64,000 bases of DNA from Basidiobolus meristosporus CBS 931.73 (lineage: Eukaryota > Fungi > Basidiobolomycota): the NCBI GenBank assembly GCA_002104905.1, contig MCFE01000214.1, forward strand, positions 1 through 64,000, in the 5' to 3' direction. Numbering within the stretch: position 1 is the stretch's first letter; the number at the start of each line of letters is the position of its first letter. The notes below the pieces were generated by a model that saw nothing but the letters and a program-made list of their open reading frames with translations, made no database searches and was not told where the DNA came from. Positions 36,996 through 50,807 of the stretch are shown here, one piece after another. The position numbers and the translations under genes were made by a program.

Positions 36996-37306
36996 TCCAG
37001 CACCGATTGTGATGCAATCCCGACTGTAGGTGATGAGTATAGCATCCATCTGGGGATTCATGAGGCATTACCCAATATACCTTTCCCCGATGCCATCCTA
37101 CACGTGACTCTTGAAGGATCGAGGTTTATTCAAGGAAGTGATTGAGATGGTCTGGATAACAAAAACACTGAAACATCGAACTATGTATAACCTCTAGCAT
37201 GGCAGAGCATAGTGGTAGGAGAGTGGGAGAGGAAAAATAAATACACTTTGATCGAAAGGTCCGCCCCCTGGATCTTCCGGCTCGGCTGCAGCGCCATGAC
37301 GGTTGC

Positions 37307-38714
37307 TCACGAGCTGCTTCCGTAATTATTGGTGTTGCGCACTAAGGATGGAAGCTGAAATTTGGCAAGTTTGCAAATTAGGTAGGCCCGGTCGTAGGTA
37401 TCTATGCTTGTGAGGTCGGTGCCAAACGCGCCCCCAACTTTCATATGGACGTTGAACAGCTCGTAGCCACCGTCTTTTCTTCTGATATGGATGGCCTCCG
37501 TGACGTCCATCGAGCCGGAGGCAGGGTTGGTTAGCTTTTCATATGATTGCTTCTGTATATCCCCCAGCGTCAGTGAGCATCCGAAGCCCTCCCGCAGTGG
37601 CGCAGCCAAGAATGAGCCCTGATAATCGGTGACTACTTTCACCACATGGTCTATCAATTTCGTCTTGAGATTCTCAATTCGGTCAGTGTCGGTAATGTGC
37701 ACAATGTCGTAGAGAGAGCGATGAACCAGGTCTTGGGACGTGTAGCCTAGCAAGTCGTGATACTCCTCCGAGATCATTGCACAATCCATTTTGAAGTTCA
37801 GCAGCATCACAAAATCCCTGCTATCCGATGTGTGAGGGGTGGAGTCGTCTTGGGGATTGTGGTGCTCCGACTTGGATGGGTCGAATAGGTTGTAATGGAG
37901 CGATGACGGTGGCTCGTCGTTGGCCGGTCCTTGGAAATGAGTGGTGTGGTGACTAGCCAGACTCAGTGTCGATGGGGTGGATGATCTTCGGATTGATACT
38001 GAGGAGGATGGAGTTTGACAAGGGTAATTCGACGCCTCTATGCACAGCTCTGGAGGTTTCGGGTGGTTCATGCTGGTGCGATAAGTCAGGGGTACGTTGT
38101 TTGTAACTGTACTAGACGAGCTCGAACCCGATGTACTTTGGAGATCGGTTTGAGTGGTGTAGGCATGAATAGGGGGAGGAATAGGTGCAGGGGCAGGGAC
38201 AGGGACAGGCGTGGGCGTAGGATTAAGGTTAATGATTTGAGAGTAATTCGAATCTTGCAGGTAAGAGTCAGATTTCCGGTCTCTTATCTTGGGTCGACCT
38301 CGTTTTTTATGCTGTATGTCGATACAAGTGTCGGTTTTTCCCATAGCGATGCATCGTTTACAAGGTCTAGAGACTGCATTTAGACAAAATTTAGATAAGA
38401 CCTAGGTAGGGGAGGGGGGGGTAAACTCAGCGATACGAACCGTCACACGCCAGATGCGCCTTCTTGCAATTAGCACAAGCGCTAGGAACATGGGTCTTGT
38501 TCACCCTTTTAGAGTTAGAGCTTCTGGTTGGCTCAGAACTACTGTCATCGGAACTTGGCCGTTTGGTTTTGTGAGCTTTGCTATCAAAACAGAGCTCGCT
38601 CTGGCGCTTCAGGTGACTCTCTGAAGACCAGGTCAATTCCCGGACAGAGAAGTCTTTGGCCTCCTCCTCAACAACTGGGGAGTGCAATAAGAACTTGCTT
38701 CGCTCCCTTTCCAT
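37307..38714 (-). CDS. Zn(II)2Cys6 transcription factor with PAS domain (AcuK/AcuM/Rds2/Ert1/Gsm1-type architecture)
   Basis: Spliced CANCKKAHLACD|RPCKRCIAMGKTDTCIDIQHKKRGRPK; PAS-like ISEEYHDLLGYTSQDLVHRSLYDIVHITD. Confidence 0.87.
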
Positions 38715-40153
38715 TTTGCCAAGTGCTTAGGAAATCGAGCTCAAACAGCAAACAACAACAGACCAGTATAATTTGTCCACCGAATGAGGGCAGGGGAGTG
38801 CAAGTAAAAGTAGGTATATGCCGGTTAGAACAGGTGGATAGAAGGCGCACACTTGAGCGCAGTTAGTTGGCAGAAGTGAAAAAAAGTAAGGAAAGGTGCA
38901 TGATATCACATGTACACCTTGGCCTTCTTATGTGAAATACTAGAAAAGAATGATGGGGTAGTGCATACCCTACACAGCTGAACGACTCAGCCAATAATGG
39001 GATTCAATTAGAAGATTTATCGTAACCCAATCATATCTAAACAGTGATCTTCACTTTGGACATACTGATACACAGGCTGCCTGAGATGGTTCTATGGAAG
39101 AATGGATTTCATGGCTATGTTTCCAGTGATTTGGATAATTTTATTCTTGCTAAAGTAATTAATGTAGGTGATCCAGCAGAAAATTTCCCGATATCCAACT
39201 TTAACTTAAAATGGAGACTCCTGAGTAGTTCGGAGGTTAGCGTCTTCCCACTACCATATAGAGCATGTGCTCAACACCACCCTTTTATGACTGAATGGCC
39301 CTAATAATAAAAGATAGATATCAGTTGCTTATTATAGCGCTTTCTGATGGTTTTTTTTCGACAATGGCCCAATTTATCCGAATGATCAGTACTTTACAGG
39401 TGAAGTAATATTGACTTGGTGACACGAATAGTATCAATCAAGTTCGTCAGGATACCCTCTACCAATCACCTCTATCGAGATTCAGATGTCTTAGATATCG
39501 TATCTGTTTTGAGATGTTCATGGTAACTCGATTGGGATGTGAGGATAATCCTGCTCCGGGAATGTTTCACGACAAGACCACAAATAAATTTCCGAGAACC
39601 TAAAGGCCATCAAATGGCTCAATGAAACTCTGGATCGGGTTTCGGATTTATCTGGGATTAATCCCGATCTCGATGCAATCAAGCTTATTCTGTAACGGGA
39701 TACGAATTTCTGTTAACTCGGCTATTTTCTGTACTATGCGAAGAACGAGCCCAAGAAGAGGAAATTTCATTTTCTGCGACCGAGATTGTCCCCGATGCAA
39801 TTCAAGGCTCAACAGAATGAGGGAAGATCTGTTACCTGAAAAACAAGGCAGCCTCGGTTATGGTATAAATTATTATCCATGGATTCCGGGCCCTCCCCCA
39901 GTAATTCTCCCAGATTTGGGCAGCACTGCATATGTCCTTTGATTGGTGTGTTTCTCCTCGAATTTGCGCCATAACAGCTCACAAAACTCCACTCCGTTGA
40001 GCTGACTCATCGGTGACGACTACATGGTTAATCGATCAATCGATCGTTCGTTTTATTGGTTCCGTGATCTGAGTTGCTGGTTGAAACAGGTACACTTGGC
40101 TTGCTGAGCGCTAAGGTGAAATCAATTTTTTGTCCGATTTAAACACCCTAGGC

Positions 40154-41473
40154 ATGTCTTCCAAGGCGAATGTTAAATCCGAACCTGCGGAGGATAGCCC
40201 TTCAATGACTCAAAGAAAGACCAAGGGCTCCAAATTTAGTGACATCCCTTTGATGTCTCTAGAAGAAGGTGGGGCGTTTTCTGCGATCTATTTGCTAGAT
40301 TACGAGCGATCTATTCATCCACTCTACCTTAGCCAATACCCCAAGAAAAAAGCGCGAGAGAAAAGCGGTTGATCGTTACGAGCCTGGAAAAGAGAAGACT
40401 GCGACACCTGAGCCACAAAAGCCCATAGTACACAAAGTAAGGAGAAATCACCCGCTCTTTCCCCTTCAACATCGTAGTCTTGTTTCTAACTCCAGCTCAC
40501 TCAAGGGCACTGGTACCAAACTATCGAGCATTCCGCGTGGTATATGCCTCTTTTTTGCTTCTTCTTCCGTGGGCTGATACTTAATTGGTGCTTTTGTGTT
40601 TATTTTTCAAAGTCGCGTCAAATATCAGTTCGCGAAAAAACAAGGATTACACATTGTATGTGCTTCATCGATTTTTGTTCGGCCGCCTCGAAGGGAAGCC
40701 AAATGTTAAAGAAGATTTGGAGGCCTTCAACGGATTTGCCTTCCAAAACCTGGTAAGTGACTGGCTTCTTACGTGGCACGTGGATAGACCTTTTCGAACA
40801 CCGACCACTCATGCGGCCGATTCTCTAGGAAGAGGAAGATGTATATTGGAACAAGCTGGAGAAATGGACTCTGGATACATGTAAAAACGTGTGCGAGATC
40901 TTCGATTTACCATTCCCCAATAATAAGGTAAACTTCGAAGTAACTCGCCTCATATTGTTCCTCGAATTGTACTCATTCATATCCCGCCACCTGTAGAACG
41001 ATCTCCATAGCTCCATCATGGAGTTCCTTAAAAACCCGCAAATACAAGATACCGTGGATACTCAAGTAAGTGGTTATTTCACCTGGGGAAATGGGTACAG
41101 GGAGTAACACCAACCCGCATAGCAGGAAGAATCCACCTTCCAAATCTCCCCCTTCTCGTTCTTTGTCAGGGAAAAGCGCGGGGAGCTGATCCAAAACAAC
41201 CCCGACAAATCGTTGGAGGATATCCAGAAGGAGCTCGTCTCGCTATGGGACTCCCTTCCAAATGACGAAAAGGCAGTGTACCAAAGTCGGATTCCAAGCG
41301 AGGCAGCGACCACCAAGAAACGTAAATACACCAAGCGAGGTGGGAAGAAATCAGCACCAGGTGCCGCACAATCTACACCCGGTAAACGTGGTCGTAAGGC
41401 AAAGTCTGCGCATGAGTCACTGACCAAAAGTAAGGAGCTGGTGGCGGACTCCGATTCTGAGGAGGTAAATTGA
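40154..41473 (+). CDS. DEK: DEK-like chromatin protein (psi-SAP/SAP region) fused to an HMG box, about 7 exons
   Basis: KRERKAVDRY; GTGTKLSSIP; LHRFLFGR...FNGFAF; CEIFDL; IMEFLKNP (DEK N-domain pattern); then SPFSFFVREKRGELIQNNPDKSLEDIQKELVSLWDSLPNDEKAVY (HMG box). Confidence 0.78.
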
Positions 41474-41832
41474 TCAGTGTGTGTTGCATTGAGAAAAAAA
41501 TGAGTAAAGCGAGCTGAGGTGTTACTTAATGTAGAATCTGTCCCAAGTGAATAATGGCACTTCAAAAGAAATAGATGATGATGCCAAAGGTGGCTTTGAT
41601 TAAACATGAATGCCCCCTCCCTGAATGTGTTTATTGAAGCATTTCAACCGCCTTATTTATGTCAATTTCGAAGAAGTGATGCATCGAAGGCTCTGATGTT
41701 GAAGAAACGTAGGGTTGTTTGATGAAGTCGAATTTGTTGCCAACCATCAGTTGAATAGCACGGATTTAATATTTGAACCGTAATAGTACATTATTCTATT
41801 TATTACAAGTGAAGACGTATAAAATCAGTCAA

Positions 41833-44800
41833 TTAATTGCCACTTCTGCTAATCATGGTGACATCCCTCTTGAGGGTGGGAAGAGTCTTAACCTGGCTCT
41901 TCTGGTCTTCACTTAGCTCCGGCAATTCCAAGAAGCCAACCTTGATCAAATACGCCAGATACAATCCCATCAGGGTATCCATCGAGGCGCATTTGACCGA
42001 GGTGTTGGCAATCGACCAGTTAGTGTTGGTGTCATCAAGTTCTGGCGACTTACTGGATGTGGGAAGGTCATCAAGAACAAAGTGCAACAAAGGATATAGG
42101 GCGTTGTCCGAGTTAGCTGACAAAGTAACATCCATGAGGTGATTACGCCAGAGAATGTATTCGACTGGCTTGACATCAAAGCCATACTGCATCAATGAAG
42201 CAAACATGTCATTGAATCGGAATCTGTGAGGATTGGTGGTGTGATAGGCCACACGTTGGAGACACTTCTCCTGTGTAGCCACAGCCACCACAGTTCCAGC
42301 AACATAGTCGACCGGGCACATGTTGACGATGTTGTTCATGATTGGGACTTCCCCAAGCTGTATGCATCCCTTCACCAAACGCCAAAGGAAATCATCGGTA
42401 TTGGTAACGCCGATTTCGGAATCTCCCACAACATACCCGGGTCTGATGATAGTGGCCGGAAGGCCTCGTTTTCTTGCTTCCATGATCAACTTCTCTGAAA
42501 CCCACTTGGATTGACCGTAGCCAGTTTGGAGTCCAGTGCGACTTCCTTCCAGGTCATCATTCTCAGAAACAGGGGTGCCGGTGGTAGAGAGTTGAATGTA
42601 GTGGTCGGAGTCTAAGACGGATGTGGATGAGACAAAATGCAACGACTTGGTCTTGTGTTCAGATGCCAGGCGGAGAGCCTCGAGAGTTCCAATGACGTTG
42701 GCCGCGCGAAGCTTTTGATAAGGATACACCCAATGGACCAAGGCTCCATTATGGATAATGATGTCGACGACCTGGGTCAATTCGGCCCATTTCTCCTGGC
42801 CAATTCCGAGGTTCTCCATGTTCAGATCCCCCTTAACTGCCAGCACATTCTCGTTTCCTGCTTGTCCCCAGCTCTCCTTCCAGACCAGGTGGGCTTCGCA
42901 GTTCTTCTTGATTCTCTCAAAGCCCGACTCTTCGTCCTTGCAACGAACAAGGCAGTGCACTTTGGAGTTTGGGAGTACCCGAAGAATTTCTGCCAAGATA
43001 AACGCACCAAGGAACCCGGTGGCTCCCGTAAGGAAGAAGTGAGTAGTCTTATTTTCTTGAACAGGGAATTGTTCGAGCGGAGCATAGGAGGGGAGAAGCT
43101 TCACGAGCTCATCAAAGTCGTGACTATAGTTCACAGTTTGGGCGTCCTCATTTCCTGAAGGCTGGTCGGGGGTGGCATCGGAATTATCGGGCAAGTTGAG
43201 GTCTTCATTTTTGATCGCTTCTACTTCCTTGCTCATACCACGAATGGTGGGCTCTCTGAACACGAGACCGAGAGGAACATCAACGCCGCATTTCTTACGC
43301 ACATCGAAGATCATGCGAGTGGCCAGGATGGAGTGTCCGCCAATATCGAAGAAGTTGTCGTCGATAGAGATAGAAGCCTGGTTGAGGATGGATCTCCAGA
43401 TATCATGGATAAGCTTCTGAGTGGGAGTAAGCTCAAGTGCAGAGTTTCCGGTCTGGGTTACCGGAGCAGTCTGTGCAGTATCAGGGAATGGTAGAGCAGG
43501 CTTGTCCACCTTTCCGTTGGGTGTCAGAGGCATCTTCTTGAGTGGAACAAAAACTGGAAAATCTTAGTACAAATACTCATTTCTGGGCCATATTTACCCA
43601 AGTTACTTACCAGATGGTACACTGTAGCTGGGGAGCTTCTTCTTCAGCCACTCTCGGATATCTCTGATCAAACGAGTGTACTTTCTGGGTTGTCCAGAGG
43701 AGACGGTCTCCTCATCTGTGCTGAATCCTTCAGCATTCTCCATTGGAACGAAGTAAGAAACCAGAGTCTGCTCTTCGTTCTTGTCACGGCGAACCAAGGT
43801 AACATTTTCGCGAACCAGTGGGTGCTGAGACAGGTGAGTGTCAATCTCACCCAGCTCGATTCTGAAGCCACGGATCTTAATTTGGTCGTCGGCGCGTCCT
43901 GTACACTCGACTATTTTGGCAAAACCTATGAGTGAACAATCTACTTGAAGCATCATTGAAGAAGTCTACTAACCGCATCCATCAGGTTTGTAGCGACCCA
44001 AGTCACCGGTTCTATACATTCTATCACGTGGTCCCTTGAAAAATGGTAGATCGCTGTTGCCATTGTGAAGTGATGGAGACCCGAACCAATTTGTCAAGAA
44101 CTTCTCATTGGTCACCTCCTCCAGCTTCAAGTAACCTTCAGATAAGCCACCACTTCTCACGTAGATTTCACCTACTTCGCCTACGCCACAGAGGCCCTTT
44201 CCTAGTCGGTTCACCACCAAAAGTTGTACGGATCTCATACCGCGACCAGCTGGCATGATATCTTTGGTTGAGGTGAGGAATGACGGATGGGTTGCTCTGG
44301 GTGGGATCGCAAAATACGAAACAGCGCGCTGCGTTTCAGTAGTTCCATACATGTTGATGATTGTGGCATTTGGGGCCAAATGTTGGAGGCGATTGCAATC
44401 TCTCTTGGTCAGAATATCGCCAACGAAGAAAGAGTTGCGAAGGGAGGGAATGGGCGTGGTGGCATTTGCCGAGAGAAGCTGACCCATAGCAGGTGTCAAG
44501 TGGGTTACGGAGATCTCGTGTTCAGCCATCCATTCAGCCAATCTTCCAGGAATCCCAATATCCTCGGAAGTGGGGATATGCAATTCAGCACCTAGGAAGA
44601 GAGGTGTGAAGATATCTCGCTGAATAGGGTCGTGCGCGATACCGGATAGCATTGTGAAGTGATCCTCGTTTGACAAAGAAAACTCTTGCGACATCCATGG
44701 ATAAAAGTGGGTTAGGGAGAAGTGGCGGCCTCTCACGCCCTTTGGAATTCCGGTACTGCCGCTGGTGAATGATAGAGTACCAATACTATCTGGGCCAAGA

Positions 44801-46223
44801 ACTATATCAAGAGAGGTTGAGGCGCAGCCTCTAACTGGCTCCAAAATATCGTCAGCGTCCTCGTCGGAGCCGCCACTTAGGTGGCCATCATCAAAGAGTT
44901 CTAGTGCAGGAATTTCACACTTGATGGATAATTCAGAATCGATGTACTCTCGGACAGTGGGGTGTAAGCTTCCGGCATGCTTGAGAACAACCAGAGCCCT
45001 CGGCTGGGCAACAGAAAGATAGATTTGCTGGCGCGCAGGAGGGTAGGCAGGGTCAATCACACTGAAGGTTCCCCCCGCCATAAGTGTACCAATAATGGCG
45101 ACCACCAAATCAACACCACGGTAGGCATATATCATAACAACATCCTCCCGCTCCAGTCCATTCTGAACAAGATAGTGCGCTACGGTATTGGCGGCTTTGT
45201 AGATATGCTCATAGGTAAAGCGGCGAACTCTTGTAGTCTGGGTAAGGCTGGTGCTAGAGCTTGATTCCAATAGGCTCTCAACGATACAAGTACGCTCAGG
45301 GAAGCTATTGGCATTCCTAGTAAAGATATCGGTAATGGCTCCCTGCCATTGGCACCAATTGAGATCGGCAGTCGGATCAGGAATCACGCTCCTGCAACGC
45401 TCGGAAATGAGATCCATGGTTCCCACTTGAACGCTCTTGTTTGCTGCAGCTGATTCTAACACTAAAACCAGTTGATCAAGGATATGCTGGATACGGGAGG
45501 GCGAGAAGAGGACCTGGTTATATGAGACCTTAACTTCGATTCCGGGAATGAGGCGGCGTAAAGAAGTGGATGAGGAGGTAATGAAGATGGTCAGATCGTT
45601 TGTAGAGGTGGTTTCGGTAATAGTGTTAGTGTCTGTGTCAGTCTGGTTGAAAAAGCGGACTTTGAACAATGGATTTGAAGAATTCTCTTGTTCCTGATAT
45701 AACTGGCTTAGTAAGGCGCCGAATGGGACCTCAATTTTGGCTGCCTGCTCTTCAACCTGGAGCAGTATAAGTTAGATTGATTGTACATCATGGTTGCTTA
45801 CATGTATTGCCATACCTTCTGAACCATCTGAACCACTTCCTCAAAGGTATCGGTGCCCTTGACCGTCAAGCGCAGAACCAGCGGGTTACGGGAGTCGGAG
45901 GAGCTTCCCACTGGGATATCCTCTTCGCCGGTGTATCTGTGCAATAATACTGCAAAAGCAGCAAGCAGTATACTAAATGGAGAAGGGTGCTCAAGTTGAG
46001 CGTTTTCAGTGTTAACCTTGATAGCCAAAGAGAGCTGTAGGATAGCTAAGCAGGTGGCTTCAGAGAGCTGCAACGCCTCAACTGCCTCCACTATCTTGAG
46101 AGGCACCGAGCGTGGGTAATCCGTGGGGAGCTGAAGCTCAGTTAAGCTTTGAAGTCTCTCTTTCCAAGCATTGATTCTGTCAGCCATAGGTATGCTATCG
46201 TGCTGAGGTACGTCGACAGTCAT
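41833..46223 (-). CDS. LYS2: L-2-aminoadipate reductase (ADA-A-T-R), 4 exons
   Basis: [21 protein letters not shown]; [20 protein letters not shown]; [12 protein letters not shown]; [16 protein letters not shown]; reductase [16 protein letters not shown]. The HDPIQRD motif is characteristic of Lys2. Confidence 0.97.
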
Positions 46224-46533
46224 ATTAAGTCTATTTTATGACAGCTGATTAATAATATGAGAGGAAATATCACAAGGAAGTTGAAAAGAGGGCAAGTCTA
46301 TCAGATTACAATTGCTTGCAAACGCACGAAATATGGACCAACAGTATGTGTGTACCGAGAAAGCCGTGGCAATCTATTTATAATGATAAAATGGCTTAGG
46401 TGCAAGTGCGACTGGCATTAGATTGCCAACAGCCATTTTCGGACGAGATAGATGGGATCAACGGTGAATCAATATGATTCAATTGAAATATTCCATCCCA
46501 AGATATGTGTGATGACTGTTTGGGGGCATAGAG

Positions 46534-46540
46534 TGAGTCA
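46534..46540. promoter_or_regulatory. Perfect Gcn4/CpcA-type element TGAGTCA, ~310 bp upstream of LYS2
   Basis: gagTGAGTCAgtc; a second half-site ATGACTC lies at 46813-46819. Confidence 0.55.
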
Positions 46541-48017
46541 GTCTGACGAACAATACTAAAACTTGGACTCAACACCCTCAAATAAACCGCCAGTCCAACA
46601 CCCCCTCAGACAAAGCTCAAGCAAAGCATGCTGTGTTGATAGAAAACACTCGGCTGCATTCCGCCCTAACCCCACAGTCACTCTAATGCATCAGCGTTAG
46701 TGAGGCATCCGTTCTAATCGCCACATCCATATTCAGGCTGGTGGCAATACTTTTCATCCATGTGACGCTCATAAACGGATATTTTGGGATGGATTAGTGA
46801 TGATGACTATGGATGACTCCGGACCACCCCATCCATGATCCACCCCAAGACTAGATTGACGCTGGATGAGTAACGTAACAACATAACACATAGGAAATGT
46901 TGCGCTGTTGTGTTTCAACTGGCACTTTCGTGGAACATGCAGCCAACTCTAAAGAAAATTGGCGTGATCCATTGGAATTGATTAAAAATAGCTAATTTCA
47001 CCGCGATCAGTAATTTAACGCAACCCCCACAAACAGCAATTTTTGGCTCAGAAAAATGGTAAGTACGTGAGCAGCGCCAAGGCCTGAATAATCACTAAAC
47101 AATTATAGGACTTGGTGGATTCTCTTTTGGAGCTACCAGCTCTAGATCCCAGTAAGAGTCCAAGAGTAGCTGATTTGTGCAATAATATAGCCCAACATGA
47201 TACGCTGCGAACGAGGCCTCCCCTCGACATAGATAAGTAGCAGTGATCATTCGTCGGTTCAGTTCAGTTCACTTGGGCATCTGCGCAGACAGGCTCTTAA
47301 TGGCCAACCCCCGTGTCGTCAACCTTCAGATTAGTCAAAGGCGTTCCAAACTTGTCATTCCTGCATCGATAAGAACTAGACTTGGGCAATTAAGTCATAC
47401 CTGTGGATATCTTGGGTAGCATGTACCTTAGAAGGCCCCTTGTTGCGGTTTGCGTAGTAGCCCTGCCACCAGCTTAGCAGCTGCTCGACAAGGAATACAA
47501 TGATCGAGGTTCGTGGAACCTGACCATGAACACGAACGCATAAAGGAACGAATCAAGTCATTTTGGTTACTTAAGACATCGACAGCCTTAACAAGGATGT
47601 CACCCTCGTGGTAGGTTGGGATTTTGTGCCAGCAAAATAAACTCTGAGCATTCCATTTCCGGAGGAGCTCCTATATTTAGCCTTATCTCCCACACTATAT
47701 GCCGGTTTATAACCACCCATTACCAATCACCAGCCCGTATTAGATTGAGAGTTGACTCTGAATCTAAAACCTCGAACTAGATTGAATATATACCTGACCG
47801 TCACAATGCCCCGAGTAGGCCATCGAATTTTTTGTCGAAATTTTATTTGATCGCTGTTAACTCCACCTATTTATTCATTCTTCTAGCCACTTGTTGAACT
47901 GTTAGTTCAATTTTGACATTTAGCACTTTTGACGTTTGCCTATTTCTAGTTGTATATATCTCTGTCTTTGACAACCTCCTACCTTCCTATAATCAACTCA
48001 GCGGAGTTAGAAACACC

Positions 48018-50530
48018 ATGAAATCCACTGACTTTCCTGACCCCTCCAAACTCCCCAAGAGAAAAAGGTTGACGCAAGCCTGCGATACTTGTAGAAAAAA
48101 GAAAGTGAAATGCGATGGAAACCGCCCGAGCTGTTCTAATTGCATTCGACTCAAAGTCCCTTGTACTTACTTGCCAACGGCCAAAAAGCGTGGCCCGCGA
48201 CAGGGGCAAACCGAGAAAGCTGAACATTCAACGAATACTGGAAGCCCCGGTTTCATGAACCAAGCTCAAATGTCCAGCCCTCTACAGCCCTTCGGACTCA
48301 GACCGGCCACCTCCCTTGGCAATTTACCCAGATACATGGACAACGTGAGCGCCAGCCCTGATCCTACCCGAAATATGTATCTCTCGCAATCTCCACAAGT
48401 CAACATACCACAATACCAGGGATCTAGAGAAAATTTTTCGCCAGCTTACAGTTACCAAAACAGCCAACTGAACACTCCAAACATGAACTTCTCGCCAAAT
48501 AATGGGCTGCAAGAAGAGGAGAACGCCGTGCGGGAAAAGGTGGAGCAGGTGTGGTCGCATTCGTATTTGGGGAACACCTCCGGCCTCAACGCAATTACGA
48601 GCAACGGCCAGAAAGAGGCCACCCCGTCCCCGAAGCAATTCTCGAATGCCAACAATCTGCTGGGTGCCACTTCTCTCCCGCCCACCGAGATTACCGAGCA
48701 TTTGCTGTCGGTGTATTTCAGTACCATCCACCCCCAAATGCCGTTTATTCACAAGCCTACCTTCTTCAACCGACTCAAAAACGGAGAGATTCCACCCATC
48801 TTGATCTTGAGCATATGTGCGTGTGTGTCGCGGTTCTCCAACCACCCGGGTATTTTGGCTGACCCCACTACCAGAAGCGGCGAGGTGTTCTCAAATCGCT
48901 TCAGGAATATCTTACTGAAATGTCTGGACGGGCCGAACGTCTATACAACAATGGCCTTGTTGATTGCCTCGTACTACGAATACATGAACGCACGCTATCC
49001 TAGGGCATGGATGTATCTGGGGATGGCCATTAGGTAATTGGGAATTTTCGTCGCCTGTATATTCATTGATTAACAAAATGACGCCACTGTAGAATGGCAC
49101 AAGAGCTGGGAATCAACCGTATCGATGAGCACAACGATAACAGCCGAATCTCTGAACAGGCTCCGGACGACTGGGTTGAGATCGAAACGCAGCGCCGCCT
49201 TTGGTGGTCGTGCTTTGTTCGAGATAGGATCGGGAGCACCGGAACAGGGCGACCAATGGCTATCGACGAGCAGGACAGCCGAGTTCTGCTGCCAAGCTGT
49301 GATTCGGATTGGGAAAATGAAAGGCCCGTCCCTAGCACGATGCTGGAAACATCCAGTCAGACGAAAACCGTGTATTCGCTTACCGCGTCCGCCCCAAAGC
49401 AGCAGCTAAGCCCCTGGTCAATATTCATTCAGCTGGCTGCGCTGATGGGCAAGGTTTCCCAATTCGTGAACAGCCCCAAAGACCGACGCGGAGACTCCAT
49501 CGAGAATGATACGAAATTTGCCTTTCTGGATACTGCGCTGACCTCATGGTCGATGTCTGCTCCCGAAAACCTGCAATACCCAAGAAACCTAATCTCAGAG
49601 AAATCCCCCAAGGGATATGCTGAGGCGGCATTCCTCTGTACACTGCATATCATGTATCACACATCCGTAATATTACTCCACCGTTCAAACCTTGACCAGG
49701 TCGAGAACCAACCCATCTATTCTACCTCCACCAGCTCCGCCTCCGAATCGCTCGATAGGTGTATCGCTTCCGCCGATACCATCACCAAAATCATCGAAGA
49801 TCTCGACAAATACCCCGCATGCTACAATTATCCGCATATCTGCTTTTGCATCTTCAACGGTGGGACCATCCATGCACACACGCTCTTCTCCAGCTCGGAG
49901 GCAGACAAGATTGCCGAAGCGAAGTCAAAGCTTGAAATCCACTACCAAGCATTACAACGACTGAAATCGGTCTGGATCATGGCTGAGAAATATTGTGCTA
50001 TTCTCAAGGGGATTGTGGCACTCGGGCAGCGCCCAGCTTCCGTCTCACCCAACACAAACTCCCTTGTTCAAGAGCTTAGCCAGAACGCAGCCCAGGTTGG
50101 GTTCAACTTTGAACAGCCTATTTACCATTTCTCAGGCAGTCTTGCTTCCAACGGCGTGCATGGCCAGGAGTTCGGGGGAGTCTCTAGCGCGGGTTACCCG
50201 ATCTCCTCTAATTATATCTCGAGCGGTTTACAAATGATTCCCGACTTCAATAGTCCCAGCATACGTATAGCAGACAGCTCGATAGACAGCTCTGCAGGCT
50301 TTCCGAATCTGTTGGACCTTCCAATTGCTCAAGGGAACGCATTCTTTGACACCTTATTTGGCAATATGCCAGTTGACTCCCTCAATCCAGATCCAAACTG
50401 TAATCTATTTAGCAATCTCTACAACCAGCCAGCATCCCAACCAGGAAACACCATGCTCAATGGGCTCAATAATCTTCAAGACAACAACGGCGTTCAAAAT
50501 GTTTGGAGCATCAAGAGCCCGTCCACCTAA
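48018..50530 (+). CDS. Zn(II)2Cys6 transcription factor with fungal-specific TF (middle homology) domain, 2 exons
   Basis: ACDTCRKKKVKCDGNRPSCSNCIRLKVPCTY; YFSTIHPQMPFIHKPTF; WMYLGMAIR|MAQELGI (intron 49034-49091); RRLWWSCFVRDR. Confidence 0.94.
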
Positions 50531-50807
50531 GCGCCAAGACATCTTTACAACCATTGAAATGTAAATAGTTTTTAATAAATGCCATGTTTATCTGCTCATT
50601 GCTGTTGGCTGTCACGATCTCCGGAGAATAGGGTTATCAGTCAGTTGCCGTCGGCCCTAATATTCCGTGTTCCGAGTGCCAAATTAATAATAGGAAATCC
50701 CAGGTGGCGTACGACTGGATGAGGTCACCACCTATGAAATTTCATATGATCATTTATTATTTATATTACCTGGAGGGATCCTCTTTTGTTTCCACAATCG
50801 TTTCACC

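Noticed and set aside
39420-40010. Protein-like but stop-interrupted frames between the Zn-PAS gene and DEK
   Set aside because: No family motif recognised and no consistent splice model; cannot be told apart from intergenic DNA.
41833-46223. A-T-R protein as a novel NRPS-like secondary-metabolite enzyme
   Set aside because: It carries the Lys2-specific motifs ([22 protein letters not shown]) and the N-terminal ADA region; primary lysine biosynthesis is the simpler reading.
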